A stretch of DNA of 63,815 nucleotides, counting the filler, from Lama guanicoe (taxonomy: Eukaryota): the NCBI GenBank assembly GCA_013239625.1. It is 190 parts of 190 records of this genome, joined end to end, with 100 filler letters (N's around TTAATTAATTAA, not from the genome) between each part and the next. Parts side by side here need not be neighbours in the genome. Positions count along the whole stretch, not along the records: positions 35,279 to 35,514 come from PNXV01045471.1; positions 35,615 to 35,850 come from PNXV01045472.1; positions 35,951 to 36,187 come from PNXV01045473.1; positions 36,288 to 36,524 come from PNXV01045474.1; positions 36,625 to 36,860 come from PNXV01045475.1; positions 36,961 to 37,196 come from PNXV01045476.1; positions 37,297 to 37,533 come from PNXV01045477.1; positions 37,634 to 37,869 come from PNXV01045478.1; 182 more parts are not named here. One strand, written 5' to 3'. The translations under genes and the position numbers were made by a program. Below the pieces are notes generated by a model, which was not told where the DNA came from, ran no database searches, and was given only the letters and a program-made list of their open reading frames with translations. Positions 35,430 through 47,304 of this stretch are shown here, piece after piece (position 1 is the first letter of the stretch; each line of letters starts with the position of its first letter).

Positions 35430-35489
35430 CTGGAAGTTAGCCGGAGAGGTGCTGCCGCCTGGACAGTAGTCTCCACTGGGAAAGCCTGG
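35430..35489 (-). CDS. Candidate 60-nt internal exon, unidentified
   Basis: Acceptor catcttgcctcCAG and donor CAG|GTATGA. The phase-0 reading is PGFPSGDYCPGGSTSPANFQ. No homolog recognised. Confidence 0.25.
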
Positions 35490-35614
35490 CTGGAGGCAAG
35501 ATGTGACCAATTGCNNNNNNNNNNNNNNNNNNNNNNNNNNNNNNNNNNNNNNNNNNNNTTAATTAATTAANNNNNNNNNNNNNNNNNNNNNNNNNNNNNN
35601 NNNNNNNNNNNNNN

Positions 35615-35850
35615 TTACTTTTCCTTTTATTGTTTATGGTTTTGGTGTCATATCTTAAAAAATACTGCATAATTCAAGATTATTAATATTTACTCATATT
35701 TTATACTAAGAATCAGTGGTGTTGGCTCAGATTTTTTCTTTAGTCCATTTGGAGTTAATACTGTACATGATGTAAGGTAAGTTTCTTAATCTGTTAAGGC
35801 TGCTGTAACAAAATATCACAGACTGGGTAGTTTATAAACAACAGAAATGG
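35615..35850 (-). mobile_element. Old L1 fragment abutting an MLT1 LTR end (from ~35785)
   Basis: L1 antisense 'ttttggtgtcatatctta...tccatttggagttaat', then 'tcttaatctgttaaggctgctgtaacaaaatatcacagactgggtagtttataaacaacagaaat' (MLT1/MST terminus). Confidence 0.75.
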
Positions 35851-35951
35851 NNNNNNNNNNNNNNNNNNNNNNNNNNNNNNNNNNNNNNNNNNNNTTAATT
35901 AATTAANNNNNNNNNNNNNNNNNNNNNNNNNNNNNNNNNNNNNNNNNNNNC

Positions 35952-36146
<195 letters not shown>

Positions 36147-36287
36147 TCAGAGACGCGCACACTCTGTCACTTGCTCTTCTGTCTGGTNNNNNNNNNNNNN
36201 NNNNNNNNNNNNNNNNNNNNNNNNNNNNNNNTTAATTAATTAANNNNNNNNNNNNNNNNNNNNNNNNNNNNNNNNNNNNNNNNNNNN

Positions 36288-36524
36288 CCCTCCCCTGTAT
36301 GCCCTGCTGTGGCTCCTCTCTGAAGCACCCAGATAGTAGTACCTCATGTATATTTCCTGAGTTTTTCAGATGCTTTAAACTACTACCAATGGGTAGAAAT
36401 CAACTACTTGATGACTGAGAATGTATAGCCCACAGACCTTCTGGCGCCTAGGAATTGGTAGCATTGACCACCCTGTTACCTCATCAGCCAGTCAGAGAAT
36501 TGTGCACCAGCTGATCAGGCACCC
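36288..36524 (+). mobile_element. ERV1-type LTR U3 fragment
   Basis: 'ccctgttacctcatcagccagtcagagaattgtgcaccagctgatca..caccc' resembles laurasiatherian ERV1 LTRs just upstream of the TATA box. Confidence 0.5.
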
Positions 36525-36624
36525 NNNNNNNNNNNNNNNNNNNNNNNNNNNNNNNNNNNNNNNNNNNNTTAATTAATTAANNNNNNNNNNNNNNNNNNNN
36601 NNNNNNNNNNNNNNNNNNNNNNNN

Positions 36625-36690
36625 GGATTGAACCCAGGACCTCGTGCATGTTAAGCATGTGCGCTGCCACTTAGCTATACCCTCCCTTCC
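36625..36690 (-). mobile_element. tRNA-Ala-derived SINE head (camelid Vic-1-like)
   Basis: The reverse complement gggagggtatagctaagtggcagcgcacatgcttaacatgcacgaggtcctgggttcaatcc parallels tRNA-Ala, with Pol III A and B boxes. Confidence 0.85.
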
Positions 36691-39317
36691 ACGAGCTTGT
36701 TTTTTTAATCACTTACTCTCCAGCATATACCTCTCTGCTTTTTCATCCCAGCTAAGGAACAACATCTTAGAAATATTAAAATGAATTTGGTATTGGATAT
36801 TAGGAATATTGATTTTAGGTGTCTATCATATAAAATATATTGGAGAATAAACTTTTTTTTNNNNNNNNNNNNNNNNNNNNNNNNNNNNNNNNNNNNNNNN
36901 NNNNTTAATTAATTAANNNNNNNNNNNNNNNNNNNNNNNNNNNNNNNNNNNNNNNNNNNNTTTTATTCTCAATTTTGTCTCCTACAAAATTAAATTTTGC
37001 TTTTAGTGATTTGACTTTAATTCTGAAAATATTTCTTATTTCAATAACATTGTCTACTACCTCAAGTTTGGATGTTAGAGTGGGTTTAATCTGGCCAGAG
37101 GGTCTGTATTATTCATTGGAAACCTCACCTTAGTAAGCTACAACTTCCATTGAACAGAGTTTAAATTAGGGCCCTAATTTATCCCGAGACTACATGNNNN
37201 NNNNNNNNNNNNNNNNNNNNNNNNNNNNNNNNNNNNNNNNTTAATTAATTAANNNNNNNNNNNNNNNNNNNNNNNNNNNNNNNNNNNNNNNNNNNNAGAG
37301 GCCCCCGGCCAGATCCAGGAAGCCGGGCAGAGCGAGGAGGGAGGCAGTGCTCACCCGGGCTGGCAGCAGGAGCCTGGCGGAGCAGACCCCACACAGCCGC
37401 TGCTCCGAGGGGCAGAGCCTGGGGAGACCCCAGGTGCTCCGGTCTCTGAGCTGAGGCCAGAGGAGGTGCTGCAGCTGAGCTTCGTCTGCCTCGGTCCCTC
37501 TTCCCCCGAAACGGAAAAGCAGGTGAGGCCACCNNNNNNNNNNNNNNNNNNNNNNNNNNNNNNNNNNNNNNNNNNNNTTAATTAATTAANNNNNNNNNNN
37601 NNNNNNNNNNNNNNNNNNNNNNNNNNNNNNNNNCCAGATGATGTCAAGGGCTGGTTTTGTACTGTCTTCATTCTGTGTCCAAGGATGTTTCAGCATGCTG
37701 CTTTTGGCACTCAGCATCCCAGATCACATATCAATCTAAATCAAGAGAGGTCTCTTTTGGCAGCTTCCTCTCTTGACAGAGGAAGCTTATCATTCACATG
37801 GGCACCAGCACGTATCTCCCCACATAATAGTGGCTCTTACTGGGTTATTTGCCAATTCTCAAATCATGTNNNNNNNNNNNNNNNNNNNNNNNNNNNNNNN
37901 NNNNNNNNNNNNNTTAATTAATTAANNNNNNNNNNNNNNNNNNNNNNNNNNNNNNNNNNNNNNNNNNNNAGAAGTTGGGTTTGCAAAAAATTTGAGGCCA
38001 AGTCAGCAGTAGCTACATTAGTAAGAATCACAGTTTTTTCTGCATGATCTCATTTGTTAAAAAAAATTTTTTTAACTTAATTTTGGAAACTTGAGAGCAT
38101 TAAAATAACTAAGGCAGTATAAAATACATTTGTTTGAGGTCTTCTGGCTAAATTCTATGACTCCTTCCTGGGTTTCTGTGGGTCCTGACACATCAAGGAG
38201 TTATGTNNNNNNNNNNNNNNNNNNNNNNNNNNNNNNNNNNNNNNNNNNNNTTAATTAATTAANNNNNNNNNNNNNNNNNNNNNNNNNNNNNNNNNNNNNN
38301 NNNNNNTTACATAATTTAATCTATTTTAACTACAAACTTCTAATTTTTGTCTTAGGAGCACATACTTATGTACTTGTTTTTAGGAAAAATGAGTGAGCTG
38401 AAATAATAAAATATTGAATGCTTGTTTTAAAACAATGTTTTGGGGAAAATCTGCAAAGTCCTATCACTCCTCTGAAATGTCAAGTGTTTACAAGCCTCCT
38501 GTGAGAGCGAGAACACAACAAAAGCATTTAAGATTCTGGAGGANNNNNNNNNNNNNNNNNNNNNNNNNNNNNNNNNNNNNNNNNNNNTTAATTAATTAAN
38601 NNNNNNNNNNNNNNNNNNNNNNNNNNNNNNNNNNNNNNNNNNNACCCCTACCTTCTACATACACCAACAATGGTATTTCTTATGGGATCCCCAATCTGTT
38701 TTGTTCCACACACACCCCATCTAGAGCTCAGTCCTTCTTCCAGTACCCCGAGGCTTCCTGTGTGCAGTGGGACCCAGCCCTCTACCTGAGTTCCTCATTG
38801 ATCTCCAACAGCCAGTCCCAGCTTGTCCCTTCCAGCTAGCATATAGGGACAGGGACGCAGGGATTCTCCGTGTCAGTTTTNNNNNNNNNNNNNNNNNNNN
38901 NNNNNNNNNNNNNNNNNNNNNNNNTTAATTAATTAANNNNNNNNNNNNNNNNNNNNNNNNNNNNNNNNNNNNNNNNNNNNCCTTCCCCATCACCAGGAGG
39001 AGTAGCTACAAAAATGCACAGAGAGGACACCCCGTAGTGCATGGGGCCATGGCTGGGGTTGCTGTTTTGGGGTCTTCCTTATGGCTGGGAGGGGCCTTTT
39101 ACCCACAGAGGAATGAGGGAAAAGACACTATTTAGTCCCTGGCTAGATTCTGCGACAGCATCAACCATACAGCATCCTCTGAAGGTCTGAGCAGTCCTCG
39201 GGCACAGCACGTGCATTNNNNNNNNNNNNNNNNNNNNNNNNNNNNNNNNNNNNNNNNNNNNTTAATTAATTAANNNNNNNNNNNNNNNNNNNNNNNNNNN
39301 NNNNNNNNNNNNNNNNN

Positions 39318-39500
39318 GAGCCTAGCCGGTGCGCGGCCCCCGCAGCTGGACCGGCCCCGCTCCGGGCGCGCACAGCCAGCGTGGCCGGGGCTCCCAAGCA
39401 AAGGGTGCGGCCGCCAGCCGCCTGACCCTTCCGCACAGATGCCCCCCGCTGGGCAGTCTGATGGCAAACGGGCTCCTCTGAGCCTGTCACGCTGTGAAGG
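39318..39500. promoter_or_regulatory. CpG-island edge fragment
   Basis: Dense CpG/GC in the first ~150 nt, decaying toward the end of the contig. Confidence 0.5.
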
Positions 39501-39991
39501 GGGCGCTCTTTCTAAAGCATAATGTTGTCGGCTGCTGACGTTCTATGCATTTTANNNNNNNNNNNNNNNNNNNNNNNNNNNNNNNNNNNNNNNNNNNNTT
39601 AATTAATTAANNNNNNNNNNNNNNNNNNNNNNNNNNNNNNNNNNNNNNNNNNNNCCTGTTGTTGATTGTAAATGGGTTTCAGGTGTCATTTTTGGATTTT
39701 TTTTCCTTTTAGTTTTTTTGAGGGTTTTTAAAAAGATCTTAATTCGAATGCTAGTCTAATTCAAATTGCTCTTCTATAATTGACTATACATTATTTTCAG
39801 GCCTTTTTTTCCCTCCCTTCTCTTAAAATATCTCTTTATCTTTTTTTTATCTGTTCTATTTTCTACTACCTTTTTAATTTCTACTTTCTAANNNNNNNNN
39901 NNNNNNNNNNNNNNNNNNNNNNNNNNNNNNNNNNNTTAATTAATTAANNNNNNNNNNNNNNNNNNNNNNNNNNNNNNNNNNNNNNNNNNNN

Positions 39992-40228
39992 ATTCCCCCA
40001 CGATGTGATCGCACTTGGAGGTAGGGTCTATAAGGAGAAAGAAATGAAGTTCAAGTGAGGTCACTGGGGGAGCGCGAGCCAGCATGACTGGTACCCTTAT
40101 AAAAAAGGAAAATTTGGAGTCACACAGAGACATAGGTAGACGATGATCATCTATAAGCCAAGGAGAGAGGTCTGGAATCGATCCTTCCCCACTGCTGCCA
40201 CTTTGCTTTCGGACTCCTAGACTCCAGA
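39992..40228 (+). mobile_element. MLT1A/B-like LTR fragment
   Basis: 'catgactggtacccttataaaaaaggaaaatttgga...atctataagccaaggagagaggtctggaa...ttcggactcctagactccaga'. Confidence 0.85.
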
Positions 40229-40334
40229 NNNNNNNNNNNNNNNNNNNNNNNNNNNNNNNNNNNNNNNNNNNNTTAATTAATTAANNNNNNNNNNNNNNNN
40301 NNNNNNNNNNNNNNNNNNNNNNNNNNNNTGAGTG

Positions 40335-40348
40335 GTTGCCATGGAGAC
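40335..40348. promoter_or_regulatory. RFX X-box-like motif
   Basis: GTTGCCATGGAGAC is close to the palindromic GTTGCCATGGCAAC consensus. It has no supporting context. Confidence 0.4.
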
Positions 40349-41002
40349 TACACCTCCCCCCCATTTTAAATACTTACTACCATATTAAAGAAGAGCATAA
40401 TGCCAAAAAAAATTTTACCAATAAAGACATAAGCAAAACACATGTGTAGGCTCACGTGCACCTGAGCCTAAACCCATGAAAGACAACTTATCTGAGTATA
40501 GAACTTGAGTTACATATTTTTTTTAATTTCAAAATACTGTTGTCATTACTCCTCTGTCTCTTGGTNNNNNNNNNNNNNNNNNNNNNNNNNNNNNNNNNNN
40601 NNNNNNNNNTTAATTAATTAANNNNNNNNNNNNNNNNNNNNNNNNNNNNNNNNNNNNNNNNNNNNCCACAAGCCCAGCCAATCACATTGCACAGCTTCCC
40701 TTCCTCCCAGAAACCCACTGCACACTCACGCCCACCCAGCCAGGTGCCAGTTCCGACAACTACACACACAGGCAGAAACCCACTGCACACGTGCGCCCAC
40801 CCCGCCAGGCGCCGGTGCCAACACACGCAGGTGCAGGCAGGCGCACACGCACACGTTCCCTCAGGAGGGTACCTATTGCGATCGTCAGGTCTCTTCGGAG
40901 GGNNNNNNNNNNNNNNNNNNNNNNNNNNNNNNNNNNNNNNNNNNNNTTAATTAATTAANNNNNNNNNNNNNNNNNNNNNNNNNNNNNNNNNNNNNNNNNN
41001 NN

Positions 41003-41182
41003 AAATATATATATATGTATATATATATTGTATATGTATATATATACATATAATATACATATACATATAATATACATATATGTATATATATACATATAAT
41101 ATACATATACATATAATATATATATACATATAATATACATATACATACATATAAAATATATGTATATATATATACATATAAA
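41003..41182. repeat. TA/CA low-complexity microsatellite with recurring tacatataatatacata units
   Basis: Direct reading. It explains the Y/I/M-rich ORFs on the minus strand. Confidence 0.92.
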
Positions 41183-41437
41183 AGTATGTTTGTGACTTGA
41201 ATCCATAATGACTTTTCCCTGCCATTTTGAAATAATTCCNNNNNNNNNNNNNNNNNNNNNNNNNNNNNNNNNNNNNNNNNNNNTTAATTAATTAANNNNN
41301 NNNNNNNNNNNNNNNNNNNNNNNNNNNNNNNNNNNNNNNACAGACGCCCACTGCTTTTAAACATAAATTACATCATATTTTATGTATCAACAAATCTCAC
41401 TTTTGTTTACTATTGTTAATTTTGCTTTCTCTCCAAG

Positions 41438-41532
41438 GTAGTATTTTGAATATAGAGAGATGTACGTGGTCCAACATGTACAAGGTGGCAACAGATAAAC
41501 AACGAAAAACCTTCGTCACTACTGTCATTTGA
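41438..41532 (+). CDS. Candidate terminal coding exon, unidentified
   Basis: A long polypyrimidine tract and AAG acceptor (41436-41437). Only one frame is open, reading xSILNIERCTWSNMYKVATDKQRKTFVTTVI*. Confidence 0.3.
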
Positions 41533-41676
41533 CCAGGGCTTCTCCATCTAACACCCCTCCCTCACCATCCCTTACCNNNNNNNNNNNNNNNNNNNNNNNN
41601 NNNNNNNNNNNNNNNNNNNNTTAATTAATTAANNNNNNNNNNNNNNNNNNNNNNNNNNNNNNNNNNNNNNNNNNNN

Positions 41677-41913
41677 GCTACACACTTCCGGAGCCCGCTC
41701 GCCGCCCCAGAAGCGCACGCCGGCCTGCGTGGAGCACGGCGCCTGTAACCATGGCAATGCCACGGGGCCCTCCCCTAGCGCTTGCGTTATGCGTCCTCCC
41801 GAGACTAGATGTGGAAGGGCAGAACTTGCGGAGCCAATGGGAGCCAGGGCGCGGCAAGGACTTAGGTGGGGGGAGGCTTATGGGATAGCTGGGCGGGGCC
41901 GGGCAGGGCGGGG
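41677..41913. promoter_or_regulatory. CpG-island promoter fragment (ETS, X-box-like, CCAAT and GC boxes)
   Basis: ACTTCCGG at 41684-41691, GTAACCATGGCAAT at 41745-41758, CCAAT at 41834-41838, and GGGCGGGG at 41891-41898 and 41906-41913, in CpG-rich DNA. Confidence 0.75.
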
Positions 41914-43055
41914 NNNNNNNNNNNNNNNNNNNNNNNNNNNNNNNNNNNNNNNNNNNNTTAATTAATTAANNNNNNNNNNNNNNNNNNNNNNNNNNNNNNN
42001 NNNNNNNNNNNNNGTCACTCTTGGCAGCTGTCGGTATTTTCCTGAGACAGTGATCGGGGCTGCCGGGAATACCATGCTCGTAAGCCACGTTTGCTGTTCC
42101 AGTACCGCGAAGCACGTGCGCTTAGGCAGACGAAGTCCAGTTCAGTGAAGTTCAAAATCGTCTCAAAAGCCAAAAAAATCAGAAAGGCAGCAGTGCAGCC
42201 CGGAAGTGAGGGTGTGAGCAGGCGAAGTAACTTACAGGATGACTGGAGTGNNNNNNNNNNNNNNNNNNNNNNNNNNNNNNNNNNNNNNNNNNNNTTAATT
42301 AATTAANNNNNNNNNNNNNNNNNNNNNNNNNNNNNNNNNNNNNNNNNNNNTCTTTATAGCATAAAAGATAAAAGAAAGAATGTGTAAGGAATAAAAAGGA
42401 AGGAAAAATTTTACTACTTGGAGATATTCTCCAAGCCTTTAACTGAGCCTTTAAACTCAGCTGATAAGTGAAGGTCTTCCTCTATACACAGCTACTCCAT
42501 AAAAACTGGAAAAATGGCTGCTTTTTCAAATTCCCAAATCTCAGTAAAAATCACAGGTACATAAAGAAACAGGGAAACAGCCCATTCNNNNNNNNNNNNN
42601 NNNNNNNNNNNNNNNNNNNNNNNNNNNNNNNTTAATTAATTAANNNNNNNNNNNNNNNNNNNNNNNNNNNNNNNNNNNNNNNNNNNNCATCCTGCTTTTT
42701 TATAAGCTGGGCTTCTGCGTATGTGTTGGGCAGGCTCTTCTATGAACTTTGACGTTGCAGACTTTTTGGCGCCATCTAAGAAGCTTTTCTCACCTCTTTC
42801 AGGAATTGAACTGTAACCATTTTTGTATCTATCAGTGATTTATGCTCTCCTTTAGGCTATTGAATCTATTTTTAGACTCGGTTGATGAGGGCCTGTTTCA
42901 AGTATTCCAGAATGTCTTGTGCACNNNNNNNNNNNNNNNNNNNNNNNNNNNNNNNNNNNNNNNNNNNNTTAATTAATTAANNNNNNNNNNNNNNNNNNNN
43001 NNNNNNNNNNNNNNNNNNNNNNNNTCACCCCGTACTCTCACCCACCCACACTCAC

Positions 43056-43217
43056 CCCGAACACACCCACAAGGGCGGTGACGAAAGCGCCTGCGGTGAT
43101 GGAATGCACCCATATGCCGACAGGGGCTCCCTTCCACAGGGCAACCGGCTTGGTCTAAATCCAGCGACTCTACTGCCACCGCCAAATGCTGCAGCTCATC
43201 GGCTGTCCACTCTGCCT
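43056..43217 (-). CDS. Candidate 162-nt symmetric internal exon, unidentified
   Basis: Acceptor cttgtttccttCAG and donor GG|GTGAGT. Open phase-1 frame AEWTADELQHLAVAVESLDLDQAGCPVEGSPCRHMGAFHHRRRFRHRPCGCVR. Confidence 0.3.
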
Positions 43218-44709
43218 CTGAAGGAAACAAGCTGTGAACCGCACACCAAACCCTTTGCTGANNNNNNNNNNNNNNNNNNNNNNNNNNNNNNNNNNNNNNN
43301 NNNNNTTAATTAATTAANNNNNNNNNNNNNNNNNNNNNNNNNNNNNNNNNNNNNNNNNNNNAAACAAAAAAGATACAGTGTAATACAGGAGACTTTGCAA
43401 AGATTTTAAAACTGAGGCAGTTCCCTTTTTTTGAAAGACAATTTTTGGGGGGGAAACAACCTCTGTATTACACATTACCTGTATTCACAAATCAAAATAC
43501 TGAAAGTTAGGCAAAAGTCTTATCATAATTAAAAACTGTCCGCTATAATACATGTTGCACAATCATAAAATCACTGGAATTTAATGTTTTATTAAGAGNN
43601 NNNNNNNNNNNNNNNNNNNNNNNNNNNNNNNNNNNNNNNNNNTTAATTAATTAANNNNNNNNNNNNNNNNNNNNNNNNNNNNNNNNNNNNNNNNNNNNGC
43701 ATGCCTTTCTAAGCCCAATGTCCAAAATTTGCCACTTCTGAAAGGGACGATGGGAGGGGGTGAATGGTAAAGTGAAGAGAGGAGGGGATGGCTGGAGGTA
43801 AGAGGGGGAAGTGGTGAAAAACCAGCCTCTTATTTTTTTTTAGGCAACGTTATTTATTTTTATTAATTTATTTACTTACTTACTTCAAAAAAAAAACTGA
43901 AGTATAGTAAGTTTACAATGTTGTGAAAACCAGCCNNNNNNNNNNNNNNNNNNNNNNNNNNNNNNNNNNNNNNNNNNNNTTAATTAATTAANNNNNNNNN
44001 NNNNNNNNNNNNNNNNNNNNNNNNNNNNNNNNNNNACTTTCTAGCTAAAAATGCAGTATTTCATCTACCACTACAGCAAATAAGGTTGATGAACATAATA
44101 CTTTTCAAAAAACCCTGTTCATATTTCAAGTCATACTAATCAAAAATACTGGAAATTATTCAGAAGGACTATAAATAGTCATTTTTCATTCATGGTTTCT
44201 AAGATGTGATTCGAGTTGCCCTCACCTGAGCTCCATGCTTTAATAAAATGTTTGCACAAGAAGGATGACCTCNNNNNNNNNNNNNNNNNNNNNNNNNNNN
44301 NNNNNNNNNNNNNNNNTTAATTAATTAANNNNNNNNNNNNNNNNNNNNNNNNNNNNNNNNNNNNNNNNNNNNTTTTGGCCAGGAGCAGGGACAGGGCTGT
44401 TCCTCGGTCTTCCCCGAGCCCCCCTGCAGAGCACCAACCCAAGGCAGAGCATGCAGCAGCACAGAGCAGCAGAATGACCAGCGCTGGGAGAGGGGGGATA
44501 GCACCCCCCTCCTTTCGGGCAGGAATGCAGCCCCTGACCACGGTATTGGGGGGGGACCCGGACCCGCCCTCCTACCTGGCCAGTCTGCAACATCTGACTG
44601 CGGCATCAGNNNNNNNNNNNNNNNNNNNNNNNNNNNNNNNNNNNNNNNNNNNNTTAATTAATTAANNNNNNNNNNNNNNNNNNNNNNNNNNNNNNNNNNN
44701 NNNNNNNNN

Positions 44710-44945
44710 TTCAGTATTCTGTATTCTATATTATAAATCCTGTGTTCTACATTCCATCATCTAATTTCTGGGTTCTATATTGTCTATTCTATATTCTAAA
44801 TCCTGTTTTCTATATTCCATGTTCAAAATTCTGGTTTCTATAATCTCTAGACCATATTCTATATTCTGTGTTCTACATTGTTTATTCTATATTCTTTATT
44901 CAGTATTCTCTATTCTATATTCAAAACTCTGTGTTTTGAATTCCA
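44710..44945. repeat. Heptamer satellite fragment with 189-bp recurrence
   Basis: 7-bp periodicity. The landmark ttcagtattct occurs at 44710 and 44899, and the contig is colinear with the one at 18145. Confidence 0.88.
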
Positions 44946-47067
44946 NNNNNNNNNNNNNNNNNNNNNNNNNNNNNNNNNNNNNNNNNNNNTTAATTAATTA
45001 ANNNNNNNNNNNNNNNNNNNNNNNNNNNNNNNNNNNNNNNNNNNNATCAAAAGAGTTCAGAAACAGACCTACATACTGTATATGGCAAGTTGGTGTAAGA
45101 TAAATGGGGCTTTAAAGATTAATGGGTAAAGGATGAATCTTTAATAAAAGGTGCTGGACCAATTAATTACTCATGAAAAAAAAATTATATACCTACATCA
45201 CCACATAAAGAAAGTCCATAATGAAAGAAAAGTACAAAATGATAATTCATAAAACAATAGAGGGGAAATGTCTTTGACTTCANNNNNNNNNNNNNNNNNN
45301 NNNNNNNNNNNNNNNNNNNNNNNNNNTTAATTAATTAANNNNNNNNNNNNNNNNNNNNNNNNNNNNNNNNNNNNNNNNNNNNTCACTCTTGTTGGATACA
45401 TCCTGTTGTCTGATACCATTACCAGTGTTCTTTGGTTGGTACATTTATATGGCATATCTTTCCCATTTCTTTGCTTTCAAATTTTTTATATCTTTATATT
45501 TAAAGTGTACTCTTATAAATATCTTTTAGTTCAATTGTTTTGTCTTTTTGTTTATTTTTCCAGTCTGGCAATCTTTGTTTTATGGTGGACTATTACATCA
45601 ATATGTGATATCTTGGAGTNNNNNNNNNNNNNNNNNNNNNNNNNNNNNNNNNNNNNNNNNNNNTTAATTAATTAANNNNNNNNNNNNNNNNNNNNNNNNN
45701 NNNNNNNNNNNNNNNNNNNGTCGGAAATGAGATGGGTAAATCCCACCTCCTCCAGATGAGGCTAAAGGAGGTAAGACCAGGAAACAGGACAAGTCTTGGC
45801 CCCACAGAGCAGAAATGTTAGTATTTGGCAGTAGAAGAGACGTCTGAAGGTGGGATACCAGGTGGGGATAAAGCAGGACTTCCTTGAAAACCTCCATCTC
45901 CCAACCTCCATATTCCATCCCACATGGCTAGAAAAGTCACCCCCTACAGGACATGANNNNNNNNNNNNNNNNNNNNNNNNNNNNNNNNNNNNNNNNNNNN
46001 TTAATTAATTAANNNNNNNNNNNNNNNNNNNNNNNNNNNNNNNNNNNNNNNNNNNNTTATATGTAAATAGATGCATGCCTGGTCTTGGGGCCTGCGTGGC
46101 AGGACGGCAGTGGCTGAGAGAGGAGTGCCCACCGGTGGACTTGGGGAAAGCTCACTGTGTTTGATAAGGCACAAGAGGGCATATGGAATTCCCCACGGCT
46201 CCCAAACAGGAGCTCAGAAGTGACTGCAGGCCAGCTAGTCCACTCAGAAAGGCCTTGTTTTGGAACCAAGAAGAAGCAGGCTGATTGGACCCANNNNNNN
46301 NNNNNNNNNNNNNNNNNNNNNNNNNNNNNNNNNNNNNTTAATTAATTAANNNNNNNNNNNNNNNNNNNNNNNNNNNNNNNNNNNNNNNNNNNNTTTTTCT
46401 TAATGTAGATCATAGCTATTTATATTTACCTTACTAGAAAGAAAGCTAAAGGCTTTTCGGAATTTTAATCATTAATATATTCTAGATGACAATAATAATC
46501 CCATTACCAGCTGCCCTAGAAGCCAAAAGAAGTGTATGAACAAGGAATGTCAGGTCTGCCACATGGGGTAAAATATGAGATGGCAGAAGGTGGGCCATGA
46601 GATTTAGCAACCTGGGGGGTCATCTGTGACNNNNNNNNNNNNNNNNNNNNNNNNNNNNNNNNNNNNNNNNNNNNTTAATTAATTAANNNNNNNNNNNNNN
46701 NNNNNNNNNNNNNNNNNNNNNNNNNNNNNNAGAATATCACACTTCTCATTATACAGTATTTTAAAGGTTATATTTTAAATTATAGAAGCAGAAATGTCTG
46801 TCAAGTTTATGAAATGATTAAGTCACAATTTGGTGTAATGATATTCAGTGGAGGAGTGATAGCTTCTACATCTTCATACATCTGCCACAGTTGCTCCTCT
46901 ATAGTATCTGTGACCATAAGCATTTTTATGTCAACATGATCTTTTTCCAATTCTATTTTTTTCCTTTNNNNNNNNNNNNNNNNNNNNNNNNNNNNNNNNN
47001 NNNNNNNNNNNTTAATTAATTAANNNNNNNNNNNNNNNNNNNNNNNNNNNNNNNNNNNNNNNNNNNN

Positions 47068-47304
47068 TACAACAACATGGGTGAACCTTGAGGCTATTAT
47101 GCTTAGGTGAAATTAGTCAGTCACAGAAGGACAAATAATGCATAATTTCAATTTACACGTGGAATTGAAATTAGACAAACTCATAGACACAGAAAGTAGA
47201 GTGATTGCTGCGAAGAGCTAGGGAGAGGAGGAAATGGGGCGTTGTTCAATGGATGTAAAGTTTAGTTATGCTACATAAGTAAGTTTCAGAGATCTGCAGT
47301 AAAC
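47068..47304 (+). mobile_element. L1MA/MB-type 3' UTR fragment
   Basis: 'caacatgggtgaaccttgaggctattatgct..gtgaaattagtcagtcacagaaggacaaata...cagaaagtaga'. Confidence 0.85.

Noticed and set aside
36625..36690. A tRNA-Ala gene
   Set aside because: It is truncated, mutated, and has related copies elsewhere in the window, so it is a SINE head rather than a tRNA.
40947..41225. Tyr/Ile/Met-rich hydrophobic ORFs
   Set aside because: They are translations of a TA/CA microsatellite.
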